DNA from: an uncultured Gammaproteobacteria bacterium
GTDB taxonomy: Bacteria > Patescibacteriota > Patescibacteriia > Magasanikbacterales > GWA2-37-8
NCBI GenBank assembly: GCA_964634875.1
Contig: CAZWKA010000006.1
Coordinates: 12,173-76,172, forward strand
Direction of reading: 5' to 3'
DNA: 64,000 bases
Below the pieces are notes generated by a model, which was given only the letters and a program-made list of their open reading frames with translations, was not told the DNA's origin and searched no databases. Below are positions 18,197 through 27,121 of the stretch, piece after piece (position 1 is the stretch's first letter; each line of letters starts with the position of its first letter). The translations under genes and the position numbers were made by a program.

Positions 18197-19171
18197 TTGA
18201 GATTAAAAAGTATGATCATTTTTGTCCACGGAGAAGACACGTTCCGCAGTCACCACTATGCCGCGGAGCAGGTCGAAAAATTCAAAAAAGCTCGGGATCC
18301 AGCCGGGTATAATGTGGCGGTTATTGATGGTAAAAAAGAACCCTTAGGAAAAATACTGGAGACCATTATGGCGAGCCCTTTTTTGGCTGAAAAACGAATG
18401 GTGCGAGTTAATAATATACTTTCCAACTCAGACAAAGGATTGCTCGCTGACCTAGTCGGGCGCCTTTCCGGTCAAAAAATGCCTGAGTCTACGGCCATCC
18501 TTTTTTGGCAAGGTGAACCCCTCTCGAAAGTAAAAGAAGCTAAAGAGCTGCAGGCGTTGTTACTGAAAGAAAAATATGTCCAGGAATTTCCTACTTTAGT
18601 CGGGCCAAAACTACAGGCTTGGATTCAAGAGGAAAGTAAGAAAAAAGACGGCAGCATTTCCCCGTCTGCAGCCGCCTATCTCGCTGCGAACAGCGGTGCG
18701 GATATGTGGCTCCTCACTTCACTTCTTAACCAATTGGTTGCTTTTAAAAATGGTCAGCGTATTGAAACCGCTGATGTCGAGCTCTTTTTAGACGAACAAG
18801 GTTCTGAAACCATTTTTAATGCTATTGATGCTGTTGCTGAAGGAAATAGTAAAAAAGCGTTTCTACTTTTGAGTGCGCAGCGAACCTTGGGTGCAGAAGA
18901 GGGATTTATTTTCAACATGCTGCTGCGTCAATTCAAGATCTTGCTCCAAATGAAAGATCTTGCTGAGCGCGAGAACCCTTCGCCCGATACCATGGCTAAA
19001 CTTCTTGGCCTCCCACCGTTTGTGGCCAAAAAAAGCGCCGGAGTACTCCGTCGCTTTACACTCGCTCAGCTCGAAGCCCGTTATCGAGAACTCTTGAATA
19101 TTGATCTTTCGATGAAAACGGGTGCAGCCGATCAGGCTGTGTTGGTGGATCGTTTTATTGCCACCGTTTAA
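18197..19171 (+). CDS. holA: DNA polymerase III delta subunit
   Basis: HolA-like N-terminus (MIIFVHGEDTF..) and overall 324-aa pattern. Confidence 0.75.
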   Translation: MRLKSMIIFVHGEDTFRSHHYAAEQVEKFKKARDPAGYNVAVIDGKKEPLGKILETIMASPFLAEKRMVRVNNILSNSDKGLLADLVGRLSGQKMPESTAILFWQGEPLSKVKEAKELQALLLKEKYVQEFPTLVGPKLQAWIQEESKKKDGSISPSAAAYLAANSGADMWLLTSLLNQLVAFKNGQRIETADVELFLDEQGSETIFNAIDAVAEGNSKKAFLLLSAQRTLGAEEGFIFNMLLRQFKILLQMKDLAERENPSPDTMAKLLGLPPFVAKKSAGVLRRFTLAQLEARYRELLNIDLSMKTGAADQAVLVDRFIATV

Positions 19172-20046
19172 GCCCGTGCTTCGGAAAAATGTTTGTGTTT
19201 TACTTCTTCGGCCTCGCCTCGAGTAAGGGTTGGTTCAAAATGGCGAAATTCACCTTTGGCTAAATCTTCTCGATACTCATCAAAAACCCTCCCCAGGTCA
19301 GATTTTATTTCTTCAAAAACTAATCGTGTCGCTAGTTCTTCAACAAGCCTCTCGGGGAGGCCGTTAAAACGCGCTCGGTAGACGGGTAAACGAGCCTCGA
19401 TTGCAGACCGATCAAGCCGTTTGGAAAAAAGTTCGTATTTATGGGCGAGTTCACGTTCGATGCTGGGTGCTAACCCCTCTACTTTCCGTAGCACTTCACC
19501 AACTGAATGTGGAAAACGTTCGGCCAAGACTTGGAGTAAGCTTGTCTTGCCTTCGACCACATCCATCATGGTGCCCGAAAGGTGTGGGGGGAAAAGAGTT
19601 TCTAAAACTTTGATGCCGCTTACTTCTTTTACATTTCTGCCTTCAACTTTGCGCACCAGGACCGTTATATTTTTTTTACCTTCGTACGTGCTGATTTCTT
19701 TTACTCCCACTTTTTCATCAGTATCCTCGCGGAAACTAAGCATGGAAATAATTTTTTTGTTGTGGTCCAGTTGGTCTTTGGCTTCTTTGCGTCCATTTTT
19801 TTTACCGGGCTGTTCGAGTAGTCCAAAATGTTCTTCAAAAGAAACGGTTGGCGTACCGACAAAATTATGCGGAGAGTAACTTTTTTTATAAAAACCAGTA
19901 GCGTTCTCAGAAAGTATCTGGAGCTGCGCGTACAGGTTGCCTAATTTTTTGGAAACTTGTTGCGCCAGCCAATCTTGGACAATTGCCTTGGTACTGATTT
20001 GCCGAGCAACAAAACTCTCGATTTGCTTGGGATTGTTGAGGTCCAT
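19168..20046 (-). CDS. Hypothetical 292-aa protein; its stop overlaps the holA stop (shared TTAA)
   Basis: Long ORF with codon usage like the core genes; I recognise no motif. Confidence 0.55.
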   Translation of the reverse strand: MDLNNPKQIESFVARQISTKAIVQDWLAQQVSKKLGNLYAQLQILSENATGFYKKSYSPHNFVGTPTVSFEEHFGLLEQPGKKNGRKEAKDQLDHNKKIISMLSFREDTDEKVGVKEISTYEGKKNITVLVRKVEGRNVKEVSGIKVLETLFPPHLSGTMMDVVEGKTSLLQVLAERFPHSVGEVLRKVEGLAPSIERELAHKYELFSKRLDRSAIEARLPVYRARFNGLPERLVEELATRLVFEEIKSDLGRVFDEYREDLAKGEFRHFEPTLTRGEAEEVKHKHFSEARA

Positions 20047-20050
20047 AGTA

Positions 20051-20085
20051 AAAAAATCCTGGTCGCTTGAGGGCGACCAGGAGGA
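20051..20085 (-). terminator. Terminator downstream of rpsT
   Basis: Minus strand reads cctggtcgc-cctcaa-gcgaccagg then atttttttta. Confidence 0.55.
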
Positions 20086-20100
20086 AGTATACCAGGAAAA

Positions 20101-20358
20101 TTATTTTTTTGCCATCGCATTTACTTTCTTCATGAGACGGGAAAGTTTGCGAGCGGCCGTATTTTTTTTGATCACGCCGCGTTTAGCTGCTTTGTCGAGG
20201 GCTTGTTGGGCGGCGCGGGCCATTTTTTTCGCTTCGTCTCCGCTAGTTTTGAGTGTTTTTTTCACTGCTTCTTTGAAAGCGTCTTTGCGGGCTTTGTTAA
20301 GGGTCGCATGTTTGCGACTCTGGCGCAAAGCCTTTTTAGCATTTTGCTTATTTGGCAT
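20101..20358 (-). CDS. rpsT: 30S ribosomal protein S20
   Basis: 85 aa, MPNKQNAKKALRQSRKHATLNKARK.., the S20 signature. Confidence 0.9.
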   Translation of the reverse strand: MPNKQNAKKALRQSRKHATLNKARKDAFKEAVKKTLKTSGDEAKKMARAAQQALDKAAKRGVIKKNTAARKLSRLMKKVNAMAKK

Positions 20359-20542
20359 AGGTCAGTTTAGAAGTAAAAAATATTGAGAGCAATAGAACGA
20401 GTATAGCTGATGCGTGGCAAAACGTCAAGTTAGAGCCAAAAACCGTGTTCGCCTATTGACAAAACAGGCTTTTTCTGTTATGTACAAGATAAGAAAGTTC
20501 GCTTCCGTCCTGGATTCCCAACCACTTTTGTGAGGTCACGAA

Positions 20543-20905
20543 ATGAAACGTTCGCACGTCGCCCTCCTGGCCCTTTCTCTGCCTGCTTGCGTAGCCGGTC
20601 CTCTCTCGCTCCGCCCGGGCGTGGCGCCCGAGACCTGCTACCAGGCCAGCCAGCGCTTCGCCTGGGCGCCCGACTCCCGCAGGTGGGTCGCTTGCTTGCC
20701 GGACAATGGTGCGGTGACCAAACAGGGATACCGCCTGAAGATGGCCTTCGTCCCTGGCGACAACGGTTGTCGCCTCGAGGCTGCCCCGGACAACGGTCTT
20801 CACTCGCGGCTCTGGCCCAATGTTCCCACGGCTAACATCGATGACACCGGCGAGATGCCGTTCGCTGTCGATGGACAGCCCTACGTCTGCAAGATCGAGA
20901 ACTAG
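20543..20905 (+). CDS. Predicted lipoprotein in high-GC island 3
   Basis: MKRSHVALLALSLPACVAG lipobox; GAGG Shine-Dalgarno; promoter TTGACA-17-TATGTA at about 20454-20482. Confidence 0.55.
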   Translation: MKRSHVALLALSLPACVAGPLSLRPGVAPETCYQASQRFAWAPDSRRWVACLPDNGAVTKQGYRLKMAFVPGDNGCRLEAAPDNGLHSRLWPNVPTANIDDTGEMPFAVDGQPYVCKIEN

Positions 20906-20957
20906 CCCCCCCCACGACTCCTGGGTCAGCGCCGTTTTGGCTGCAGACCCAGGAGTT
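20906..20957 (+). repeat. C8 tract immediately after the stop codon, followed by an 11-bp-stem GC hairpin
   Basis: tag-cccccccc-acg-actcctgggtc...gacccaggagt. Confidence 0.8.
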
Positions 20958-21035
20958 GCTTTGTTTATGGAGGTAGCTTGACAAGACATCTTTTTTGCCG
21001 CTGTATAGGGGGTGCTTTTGAAAAGGAGTACCGCC

Positions 21036-21446
21036 ATGAAAGACAGTCGTTTACTCGGCAAAATTCTGTTCGTCCTCCTGTCTGCCTGTGCATCACAACC
21101 GCCGATCGTGTCTTCGCCTGTATCCAGCAGCCAACCCCAGGTGGAGCTTGCTTCAAACCAGTTGGTTGAGCCTCCAGATGGCTGTGCCGGTGATCGTGAG
21201 CGCCTTGGTACGTCGGTCGCTGGCGTGGGTACAATCTGTCGTTCCAGCCGGGATCAGTTCCCCCTCTTTATTAAGCTGACAGCCGAGGAAGATGGCTGCC
21301 GCCTTGTCACCAAGGTCTATCGCGGTGAAGAGGAGGTGCTTCATCTCAACACGCTGGCGAGCGAGATCGTGAAGAAGGGGTCGGCATACCATCTTTCAAC
21401 GAACCAAGAAAATTTTGTCTGCGAATCAGTGCGGTCGGAGGAATAA
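21036..21446 (+). CDS. Predicted lipoprotein in high-GC island 3
   Basis: MKDSRLLGKILFVLLSACAS lipobox; AAGGAG Shine-Dalgarno; a sixth CTTGACAAG copy at 20977-85 forms its -35. Confidence 0.55.
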   Translation: MKDSRLLGKILFVLLSACASQPPIVSSPVSSSQPQVELASNQLVEPPDGCAGDRERLGTSVAGVGTICRSSRDQFPLFIKLTAEEDGCRLVTKVYRGEEEVLHLNTLASEIVKKGSAYHLSTNQENFVCESVRSEE

Positions 21447-21553
21447 AAAATTCAGAGCCCACCACCTTGTTTTCTTGGTGTGCCTCAAGGCTCCGGACGA
21501 GCAGCGTATACTGCGCAGCCCCGGAGCCTTTTCATTTGTATTTGTTGTGGTCG

Positions 21554-22675
21554 TTAAAGCAGCTCGGCGTTTGGTTTGTCGATGAGGAGTGTCTCGATTT
21601 TTTTCTCGCTGCCGGTAATCTTCATGACATCTTTATCTATCTTGTTGAGTTCTTTGTACGCCGTGTTATACGAGTTTACGGTCGTGGCTAAATTATTTCC
21701 TAATTTTTTAAAGTAATCATCATAGGCTAAAATGTGACGGCCCAGTTCTTCGACGCGGCCCATAATTTCTTTGGCTGACTCTTCGATCTTGAGTGCGCGT
21801 AAACCTTGCATCACGGTTTGGAGGTAGGCAAGAAACGATGTTGGCGAAACAATAATAACGCGCTTTTCTTTGAAGGCGTATTCGATAAGTGCGGCTGAGT
21901 TAACTTTGAGTGCGCCAACTTTGTTGATGAGGAGGTCGTAATAAATCCCTTCGGCCGGAATAAACATAAACGCGAAATCCATTGTATTTTCCTTGGGTTT
22001 AATATACTTACTTGTTTCATCAATCCGTTTTTTTAAATCGTTTTTAAATAGCGCTTCTAGCTCGGCACGGCGCTCTGGATCTTTTTCTTCGATCGCTCGG
22101 TTATAATTTTCCAAACTAAATTTAGAATCAACCGGGATGATTTTATCTTTCACAAAAATAGCAGCGTCGACAATATCGCCATTCTCAAATTTGTACTGCA
22201 TCTGGTAGCTGCCCGGCGGCAACACGTTTTTTAAAACATTTTCTAAGTAATATTCGCCCAGGATGCCGCGCTGTTTTGGGTTCTGTAAAACATTTTCGAG
22301 CTGCTGCAACTGGTCGGCAAAACCCATTACCTGTTTGTTGGTTTCATCAAGCTTGGTTAATCGCTCTGTTACTTCGGTAATAATCTTTACGCTCTGCCCA
22401 AACTGGGTTTGGATGGTTTGGTGCATATTCTTTTGTGACTCGTTCATGTTGCGGTTGGTGTCATTCATTTTTTGATCAACCAAACGCCCCAGATCCTGGA
22501 TCTGATTTTGGAGCATGATGTAAATGTTCTGCTCCCCTTCTTTAGGCTGCTGGCCCGCTTGGATTTTTCGGTACAAAACAAAAATAAAACCCAGGATAAT
22601 TAAAAACAATAGTATGAGAATACCGATAAAAATTGAAGCGCCTTCCATAAAATAATAATTATGTAGAGCTTCCAT
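21554..22675 (-). CDS. rmuC: DNA recombination protein RmuC
   Basis: N-terminal TM segment, coiled coil, then RmuC core (..FAFMFIPAEGIYYDL..); the ORF-track start at 22810 is probably upstream of the true start. Confidence 0.8.
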   Translation of the reverse strand: MEALHNYYFMEGASIFIGILILLFLIILGFIFVLYRKIQAGQQPKEGEQNIYIMLQNQIQDLGRLVDQKMNDTNRNMNESQKNMHQTIQTQFGQSVKIITEVTERLTKLDETNKQVMGFADQLQQLENVLQNPKQRGILGEYYLENVLKNVLPPGSYQMQYKFENGDIVDAAIFVKDKIIPVDSKFSLENYNRAIEEKDPERRAELEALFKNDLKKRIDETSKYIKPKENTMDFAFMFIPAEGIYYDLLINKVGALKVNSAALIEYAFKEKRVIIVSPTSFLAYLQTVMQGLRALKIEESAKEIMGRVEELGRHILAYDDYFKKLGNNLATTVNSYNTAYKELNKIDKDVMKITGSEKKIETLLIDKPNAELL

Positions 22676-22815
22676 TGTAACCTGTTTTACCTGCAGCGAC
22701 AAGCAAAATAAGTAAAAAAAGCCGTATTTTAGCCAAATATTCCCAAAACACCCTTGACAAAGACCCTTTTTTATGCTAGGTTGGTTCGTCATGTGCGCTA
22801 TGCCGGACAAGCTCT

Positions 22816-22868
22816 TTTTAGCCTGTTAGCACGCTCAAACGCAAAAACAATTTTGTTTTAGGGTGTGC
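22816..22868. other. 11-bp inverted repeat with a 30-nt loop upstream of the 22902 gene
   Basis: cctgttagcac...gtgctaacagg. Confidence 0.7.
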
Positions 22869-22901
22869 TAACAGGAACCATATACAAGGGGGTCCACGGT
22901 C

Positions 22902-23489
22902 ATGTGTGATCGTAACAAACTGCCTTCGGGAAACACTGGTGAAGAACGAGACTTCTGGGACTGGGTGGGTGCTGCTTACGCCAACCTGCTCGTCGACCAC
23001 GACGAAGTTGTCTTTCCTGTCTCGTTCGAGTGGTTGGTGTGCGATGAGGGTGAGGTAATCTACGGGTTCGAGTTGCTCGCTGACGACACGCTCATTTCAA
23101 CGCCATCTTCCGGCAACCCGCTTGGCAAAACGTATGAAGAACGCCTCTTCTGGAGTTGGGTTCGAGATGTCTACTACGATGTTCTCGGCCAGGTCTTTTT
23201 TGATCGTTTTCGTGTGGAACGCTTGAAGCCCGTTTCGACTCCGGGAGTTGGAGAGGAGGAGTGGTTTTATGAGCTGCTAACCGGTACGTGGATCAAACCC
23301 GTACCCGTCGAGGAACTCCGTCTCGCTGAGGCGGTACCGTTGTCTACTGATGACGTAGTTACGGGCCCGAAGCAGATCTTCTACATCCAGAACCAGGCGC
23401 CTGCCAAGCCGGATGGACCGCCTGCCCCCTTCCACTTCGTAGGACGCATCGTCCTCATGGGCGATAAATACGTCCTTGCTCAGGAGTGA
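22902..23489 (+). CDS. Hypothetical protein with an internal duplication (moderately high GC)
   Basis: Repeated motif EERDFWDWVGAAYANLL / EERLFWSWVRDVYYDVL; no known domain recognised. Confidence 0.5.
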   Translation: MCDRNKLPSGNTGEERDFWDWVGAAYANLLVDHDEVVFPVSFEWLVCDEGEVIYGFELLADDTLISTPSSGNPLGKTYEERLFWSWVRDVYYDVLGQVFFDRFRVERLKPVSTPGVGEEEWFYELLTGTWIKPVPVEELRLAEAVPLSTDDVVTGPKQIFYIQNQAPAKPDGPPAPFHFVGRIVLMGDKYVLAQE

Positions 23490-23496
23490 ACAAAAC

Positions 23497-23533
23497 AAAA
23501 AATCGGCACCAGGTCCACCCTGGTGCTGTTCTG
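23497..23533 (+). terminator. Intrinsic terminator
   Basis: aaaaaatcggcaccagg-tccac-cctggtgctg then ttctgtttttt. Confidence 0.5.
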
Positions 23534-23643
23534 TTTTTTACCGTATTTTACAGTGTAAAAACAGAGTTACTACTGCGTTTTTAACTTGCCAAACCAAAAT
23601 TTTTACGTTATCATGACGCCCACAAGCATTCCAAAAGGTATTT

Positions 23644-23715
23644 GCCCCCGTAGTTCAACGGATCGAACAAACCCGTCCTAAGGGTGAGATAGAGGTTCAA
23701 TTCCTTTCGGGGGCA
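23644..23715 (+). tRNA. tRNA-Arg (anticodon CCT)
   Basis: Acceptor GCCCCCG/CGGGGGC, D-arm GTTC..GAAC, anticodon loop GTCCTAA, T-loop TTCAATT. Confidence 0.75.
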
Positions 23716-23951
23716 CGATAGGAATTGAAGGGGGAGGGTTTGGGAACCGGAAGGTTCCCACCGCTGCTGAGGAGAGCCCACGAGAGGGCGGAAGCCCTGT
23801 TCGTGAAGGATCCGCCGCGGCGGGGACGCGTGAAACTTCCTTTCGAGGGAACGAGCGAAGTTCAAAGTTAAAAGCGAAAAACTAAAAATAATTGAATCGC
23901 CTAGAGCGATACTTTAATTTTAAACTTTGCGTTTTTCACTTTTAGCTTTCC
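23716..23951 (+). other. GC-rich, hairpin-dense 236-nt spacer between two tRNAs (candidate structured RNA, unidentified)
   Basis: gggaaccggaaggttccc, gggcggaagccc and several other stems; no ORF; not a tRNA. Confidence 0.2.
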
Positions 23952-24022
23952 GGGCCTATGGTCTAGTGGTATGACACGGCATTCGCATTGCCGGAGCGGC
24001 AGTCCGATTCTGCCTAGGTCCA
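23952..24022 (+). tRNA. tRNA-Ala (anticodon CGC)
   Basis: G3:U70 identity pair, anticodon stem CGGCA/TGCCG, loop TTCGCAT, T-arm GGCAG-TCCGATT-CTGCC. Confidence 0.75.
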
Positions 24023-24042
24023 CACATTTGGTTGGTTTTTAT

Positions 24043-25539
24043 ATGGGCGAGCATTTTCTTCCACAGCACCCTCAAGAGGTCGAATCTTTAGATCGACCTA
24101 TTGCTGAGTTGCCTTTATCCGAAGCTCGGCAAAAAGTAGATGTTCCATTGTCTTTTTCTAATGAGGCAATGAATTTTTTGGGTAGCGAACATGTTACCGA
24201 GCTCGCCCGGATTATTGAGAGCGAAGAAGTGCGTACCATCGACCTTTTGTGCCTTGCGGGTGAAATGTCGGTAAAGGAAGCTGTTGAATACGCGATGCTT
24301 TTGCCCGAAGTTCGGGCTGCCTATCGCGTGATGGGTGAAAAAGTTGAAGCGCTTAATATCCGCCTGCGTGACAAAAAACTACCCCATTATATTTCGCGAA
24401 GTGTAAAAACAGCAGCGGGTAAAAAAACATATGATGCGCGCCCGATTGAAAATTTTTTTAACGGGGTCAATAATTTTTTTTCGGATGCGTCCAGAAAGAT
24501 CAGTGGGCGTTTGGTTGCCCAAACACTCCTGGGATATGCTGCACAGGAAGTGTACCGGACGCTCACCGTTGATGCATACCGATCACTCGATGCTTTTGAA
24601 GAGGGCGCACTAGATGGGGTTATGCAAGATATGGAACTGCGCGAAAGAAAAGGAGAATTTAAACCAACGGGCGAAGATGGAATTTCTAATCTCGATGCCC
24701 TCAAGGCAATACGTTTTTTTGAATCGTCTCGTTTTAAAACCGAACTTACATCGGCCGGACTATCGAGTAATCCCCCGGCCGAAGATGTTGTCGCGCTTTT
24801 TGAAGAAGTCGCTGATCTGTCGCTATATCGAAGCATTACTTTTACCCATGAAACTGAAAATATTCGGTTTAGCTTTCTGTCGGAAAATAATGATTCGGCA
24901 GTATATCAGCTCCAGAGCCGTTTGCCCGAAATTTGTAAGGTAGAGGTGGCGCTGAGGAAACCCGGGCATTATAAGGAAGCGTCGAAGTTTCCGTTGTCGA
25001 TCGATCGTTTTACGGGTGAACTTTCTACGGTTATGGTGACCAAGCTCTCGTCACATATTGGTAAGGTGGCTGAACTAGGGCTCCGTCATGTGTTGCTTGG
25101 GGAATTGCGCGAGTATTTACTTTCTAAAGAGGATGATATCGCGGAAGCGGAACCAATTGTTCGCCCGCGTAAGGAAGAGCAAAAAGAAACCGCCAGTCTT
25201 ATCGAAGATGGTGGTATGCGTGGCGGCCAGATGCAAAATGTTGAGGTTGCAACTGCAGAGACGGCTGTAGAAGAAACGGTGCCTTTGGTGAGAGTGGCCG
25301 GCGAAAAAGTTTCGTTAAAAAATTTAAAAGGCTTCAAAGGGGGCAGGATTAAAACTGCTTTAGTGAGCCTGCTAGGTGAAGCTAGGGTGCGAGGCTCTCA
25401 TCATATTTTTCGGTGTCGTGACGGTACGACCTATCCAATTAGTCTCCATGATGGGGAAGATGTCGGCACCGGCCTTCTCGGAAAGTGTTTAAAAAAATTT
25501 GGTATCCCGCCCGCAGAACTGCTCGAACAGCTTACCTAA
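24043..25539 (+). CDS. 498-aa hypothetical protein with a C-terminal HicA-like (YcfA) domain
   Basis: C-terminus RVRGSHHIFRCRDGTTYPISLHDGEDVGTGLLGKCLKKFGI matches the HicA pattern GSHH.....G...P.H........L..Q.GI; start moved to the first ATG after the tRNA. Confidence 0.7.
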   Translation: MGEHFLPQHPQEVESLDRPIAELPLSEARQKVDVPLSFSNEAMNFLGSEHVTELARIIESEEVRTIDLLCLAGEMSVKEAVEYAMLLPEVRAAYRVMGEKVEALNIRLRDKKLPHYISRSVKTAAGKKTYDARPIENFFNGVNNFFSDASRKISGRLVAQTLLGYAAQEVYRTLTVDAYRSLDAFEEGALDGVMQDMELRERKGEFKPTGEDGISNLDALKAIRFFESSRFKTELTSAGLSSNPPAEDVVALFEEVADLSLYRSITFTHETENIRFSFLSENNDSAVYQLQSRLPEICKVEVALRKPGHYKEASKFPLSIDRFTGELSTVMVTKLSSHIGKVAELGLRHVLLGELREYLLSKEDDIAEAEPIVRPRKEEQKETASLIEDGGMRGGQMQNVEVATAETAVEETVPLVRVAGEKVSLKNLKGFKGGRIKTALVSLLGEARVRGSHHIFRCRDGTTYPISLHDGEDVGTGLLGKCLKKFGIPPAELLEQLT

Positions 25540-25557
25540 ACACTAAGCTGTTTTTTG

Positions 25558-26334
25558 TTAAGTGCTTGTCTCCATAGCTCTCCCCAAACTCCACAGCAGC
25601 TGAAAGAGTTGTTCAAAAGTGCGGCGGATTACTTTGCTTTCCACTACCCACGCCAAGCCCTCTTCGCGGGTACTAAAAAAAGCCACACTGTCATCCCAGA
25701 AAAAAATCGAAGCTTGGAATGCTAAATCCCGTGGTAAAAACTTTGCCTCGCGCAATTCTCGAACATGAGTCATTCGGGAGTATTTTTTTATTTCCCGTGT
25801 TTCGACGCGCAAGCTTTTGAGAAAAATCTTTTTTTCGATCCGACGTTTCGTAAAATGGAACCGTTCCCCAAAAATATCTTGAATTTCTTTGGCGGCGACA
25901 ATTTCATACAGGGTTTTATTTTTTGCTTCAAGTGCTTCGAGAAAAATATCATTCATGCGTTCGCGGTAGTACAGGCGAATCTTGGCTTTACTTTCTCCCT
26001 GCACTTGGAGTGTCTTCAAAAATGGAAGTATCTCCGCCGCTTCTTCCACTTTGCGTTCCATGATCTGTTTGATGACGCCGGGTTCCCCCGCTTCGTAGAC
26101 GTGGCGAGACTTTCGTTTTGTAATATTCACCACCCCAAAATCTACGAGCCGACCAAGGACTGCCTGCACTGTGGTTACGGGTAGCCCAACGCTCCGAGCC
26201 AACGGAGTGAGTGTCGTTGGTTTAAGCGTTAGCAGTTTTAAGTATACTTGGCGTTCTTTATCGTTCAGCCCAAAGCGTCCGAGTACCTCGTTAATTTCTT
26301 TGCTGCGCAAGGCGGTAATTTTTGGTAAAGACAT
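25558..26334 (-). CDS. TrmB-like winged-helix transcriptional regulator (paralog 1 of 3)
   Basis: N-terminal wHTH (..ERQVYLKLLTLKPTTLTPLARSVGLPVTTVQAVLGRLVDFGVV..) plus a TrmB-like C-domain. Confidence 0.75.
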   Translation of the reverse strand: MSLPKITALRSKEINEVLGRFGLNDKERQVYLKLLTLKPTTLTPLARSVGLPVTTVQAVLGRLVDFGVVNITKRKSRHVYEAGEPGVIKQIMERKVEEAAEILPFLKTLQVQGESKAKIRLYYRERMNDIFLEALEAKNKTLYEIVAAKEIQDIFGERFHFTKRRIEKKIFLKSLRVETREIKKYSRMTHVRELREAKFLPRDLAFQASIFFWDDSVAFFSTREEGLAWVVESKVIRRTFEQLFQLLWSLGRAMETST

Positions 26335-26507
26335 AAACTACTAAATTTTTCGTAGTAATTATATATATGTATTTGCTTTAGTATAGAGTAATTATTTTAT
26401 TGAGTCAAAAAATATACTATAAATTATATAAATAAAAACCTATTTTAAGTAGAGTAGCTTTGTCAGTGAAGTGCTGATGCGACGCTCTTTCACAATGGAG
26501 AAAACAT

Positions 26508-26774
26508 ATGAAGATCCTTAAGGAAGGCCTCTGGAAGAATCCCTGGAGCCACGAGTACGTGTGCAGTGAAAAGGATTGCGCAGCGACGCTCCTCGTCGAG
26601 GAGGCGGATCTGTCCGCGCCCAGCCGATATGACAACGAGGCTGGTCGGTACGAATTCACGTGTCCTATTTGTAGCAAGAAGAACAATGTGGCGGCCAAGG
26701 AAATTCCCCTTCGGATTAAAGAGCTGCTCGACAAGAAGCGGACAGTCAACCGTTCTTGGACGAGTGATCGGTAA
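26508..26774 (+). CDS. Small zinc-ribbon-like protein
   Basis: CSEKDC....CPICSKKN four-Cys arrangement; 88 aa. Confidence 0.45.
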   Translation: MKILKEGLWKNPWSHEYVCSEKDCAATLLVEEADLSAPSRYDNEAGRYEFTCPICSKKNNVAAKEIPLRIKELLDKKRTVNRSWTSDR

Positions 26775-26963
26775 ACTATGTGTCCGCTGCAAAAAAAGTT
26801 TCTCCATCAACACGCTCCTTTTCCGGTCGAAGCCTTGTGCTCGACCGGATCATCTCCCGGGTCGGTTCAATGAACTGGTTCGAGAGATGGCTCCGCGCCA
26901 TCAGTCTGGTTCTTTGACAATAAAAGTACGTTACCTAGTGGGTTTGTGCTCCCAGATTTGAGT

Positions 26964-26998
26964 ATTGACAAACACTAGATTGCAGGCTATAGTTAGCT
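26964..26998 (+). promoter_or_regulatory. Consensus-like promoter TTGACA-17-TATAGT for the purine-salvage operon
   Basis: gtaTTGACAaacactagattgcaggcTATAGT. Confidence 0.55.
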
Positions 26999-27056
26999 GT
27001 TTTTCTGGCCTGCTTGAGCCGTAGTTTTGCTGACCGTTCGTTTACAACCAAACCGA

Positions 27057-27108
27057 TATGTAGTGGAACGGCAGCTTGAAAGATCGATCTGGTGTTCCAC
27101 TACATATC
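27057..27108 (+). other. 14-bp perfect inverted repeat with a 24-nt loop in the operon leader
   Basis: atatgtagtggaac...gttccactacatat, just before the Shine-Dalgarno and the ATG at 27122. Confidence 0.75.
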
Positions 27109-27121
27109 ACAAGGAAAACCT

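Noticed and set aside
19168-20046. Assignment of the 292-aa protein as a RelA/SpoT-like small alarmone synthetase or EF-Ts
   Set aside because: The signature motifs (for example EVQIRT, the RxKxxxSxxxK pattern, or the EF-Ts N-terminal UBA-like motif) are not present; left as hypothetical.
23611-23865. 84-aa minus-strand ORF
   Set aside because: It overlaps the tRNA-Arg gene and the structured spacer, and has no motif or ribosome-binding site; spurious.
23716-23951. SRP RNA / tmRNA / RNase P RNA identity for the inter-tRNA spacer, and the same for 33265..33914
   Set aside because: I could not find the conserved SRP domain IV motif (GGAAGCAGCC context), the tmRNA tRNA-like ends (GGGG...GGTTCGA..CCA) or the RNase P P4 motifs by eye; left as unassigned candidates.
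23971-24042. N-terminal 24 codons of the ORF-track call 23971..25539
   Set aside because: They overlap tRNA-Ala(CGC); the start was moved to the first ATG after the tRNA (24043).
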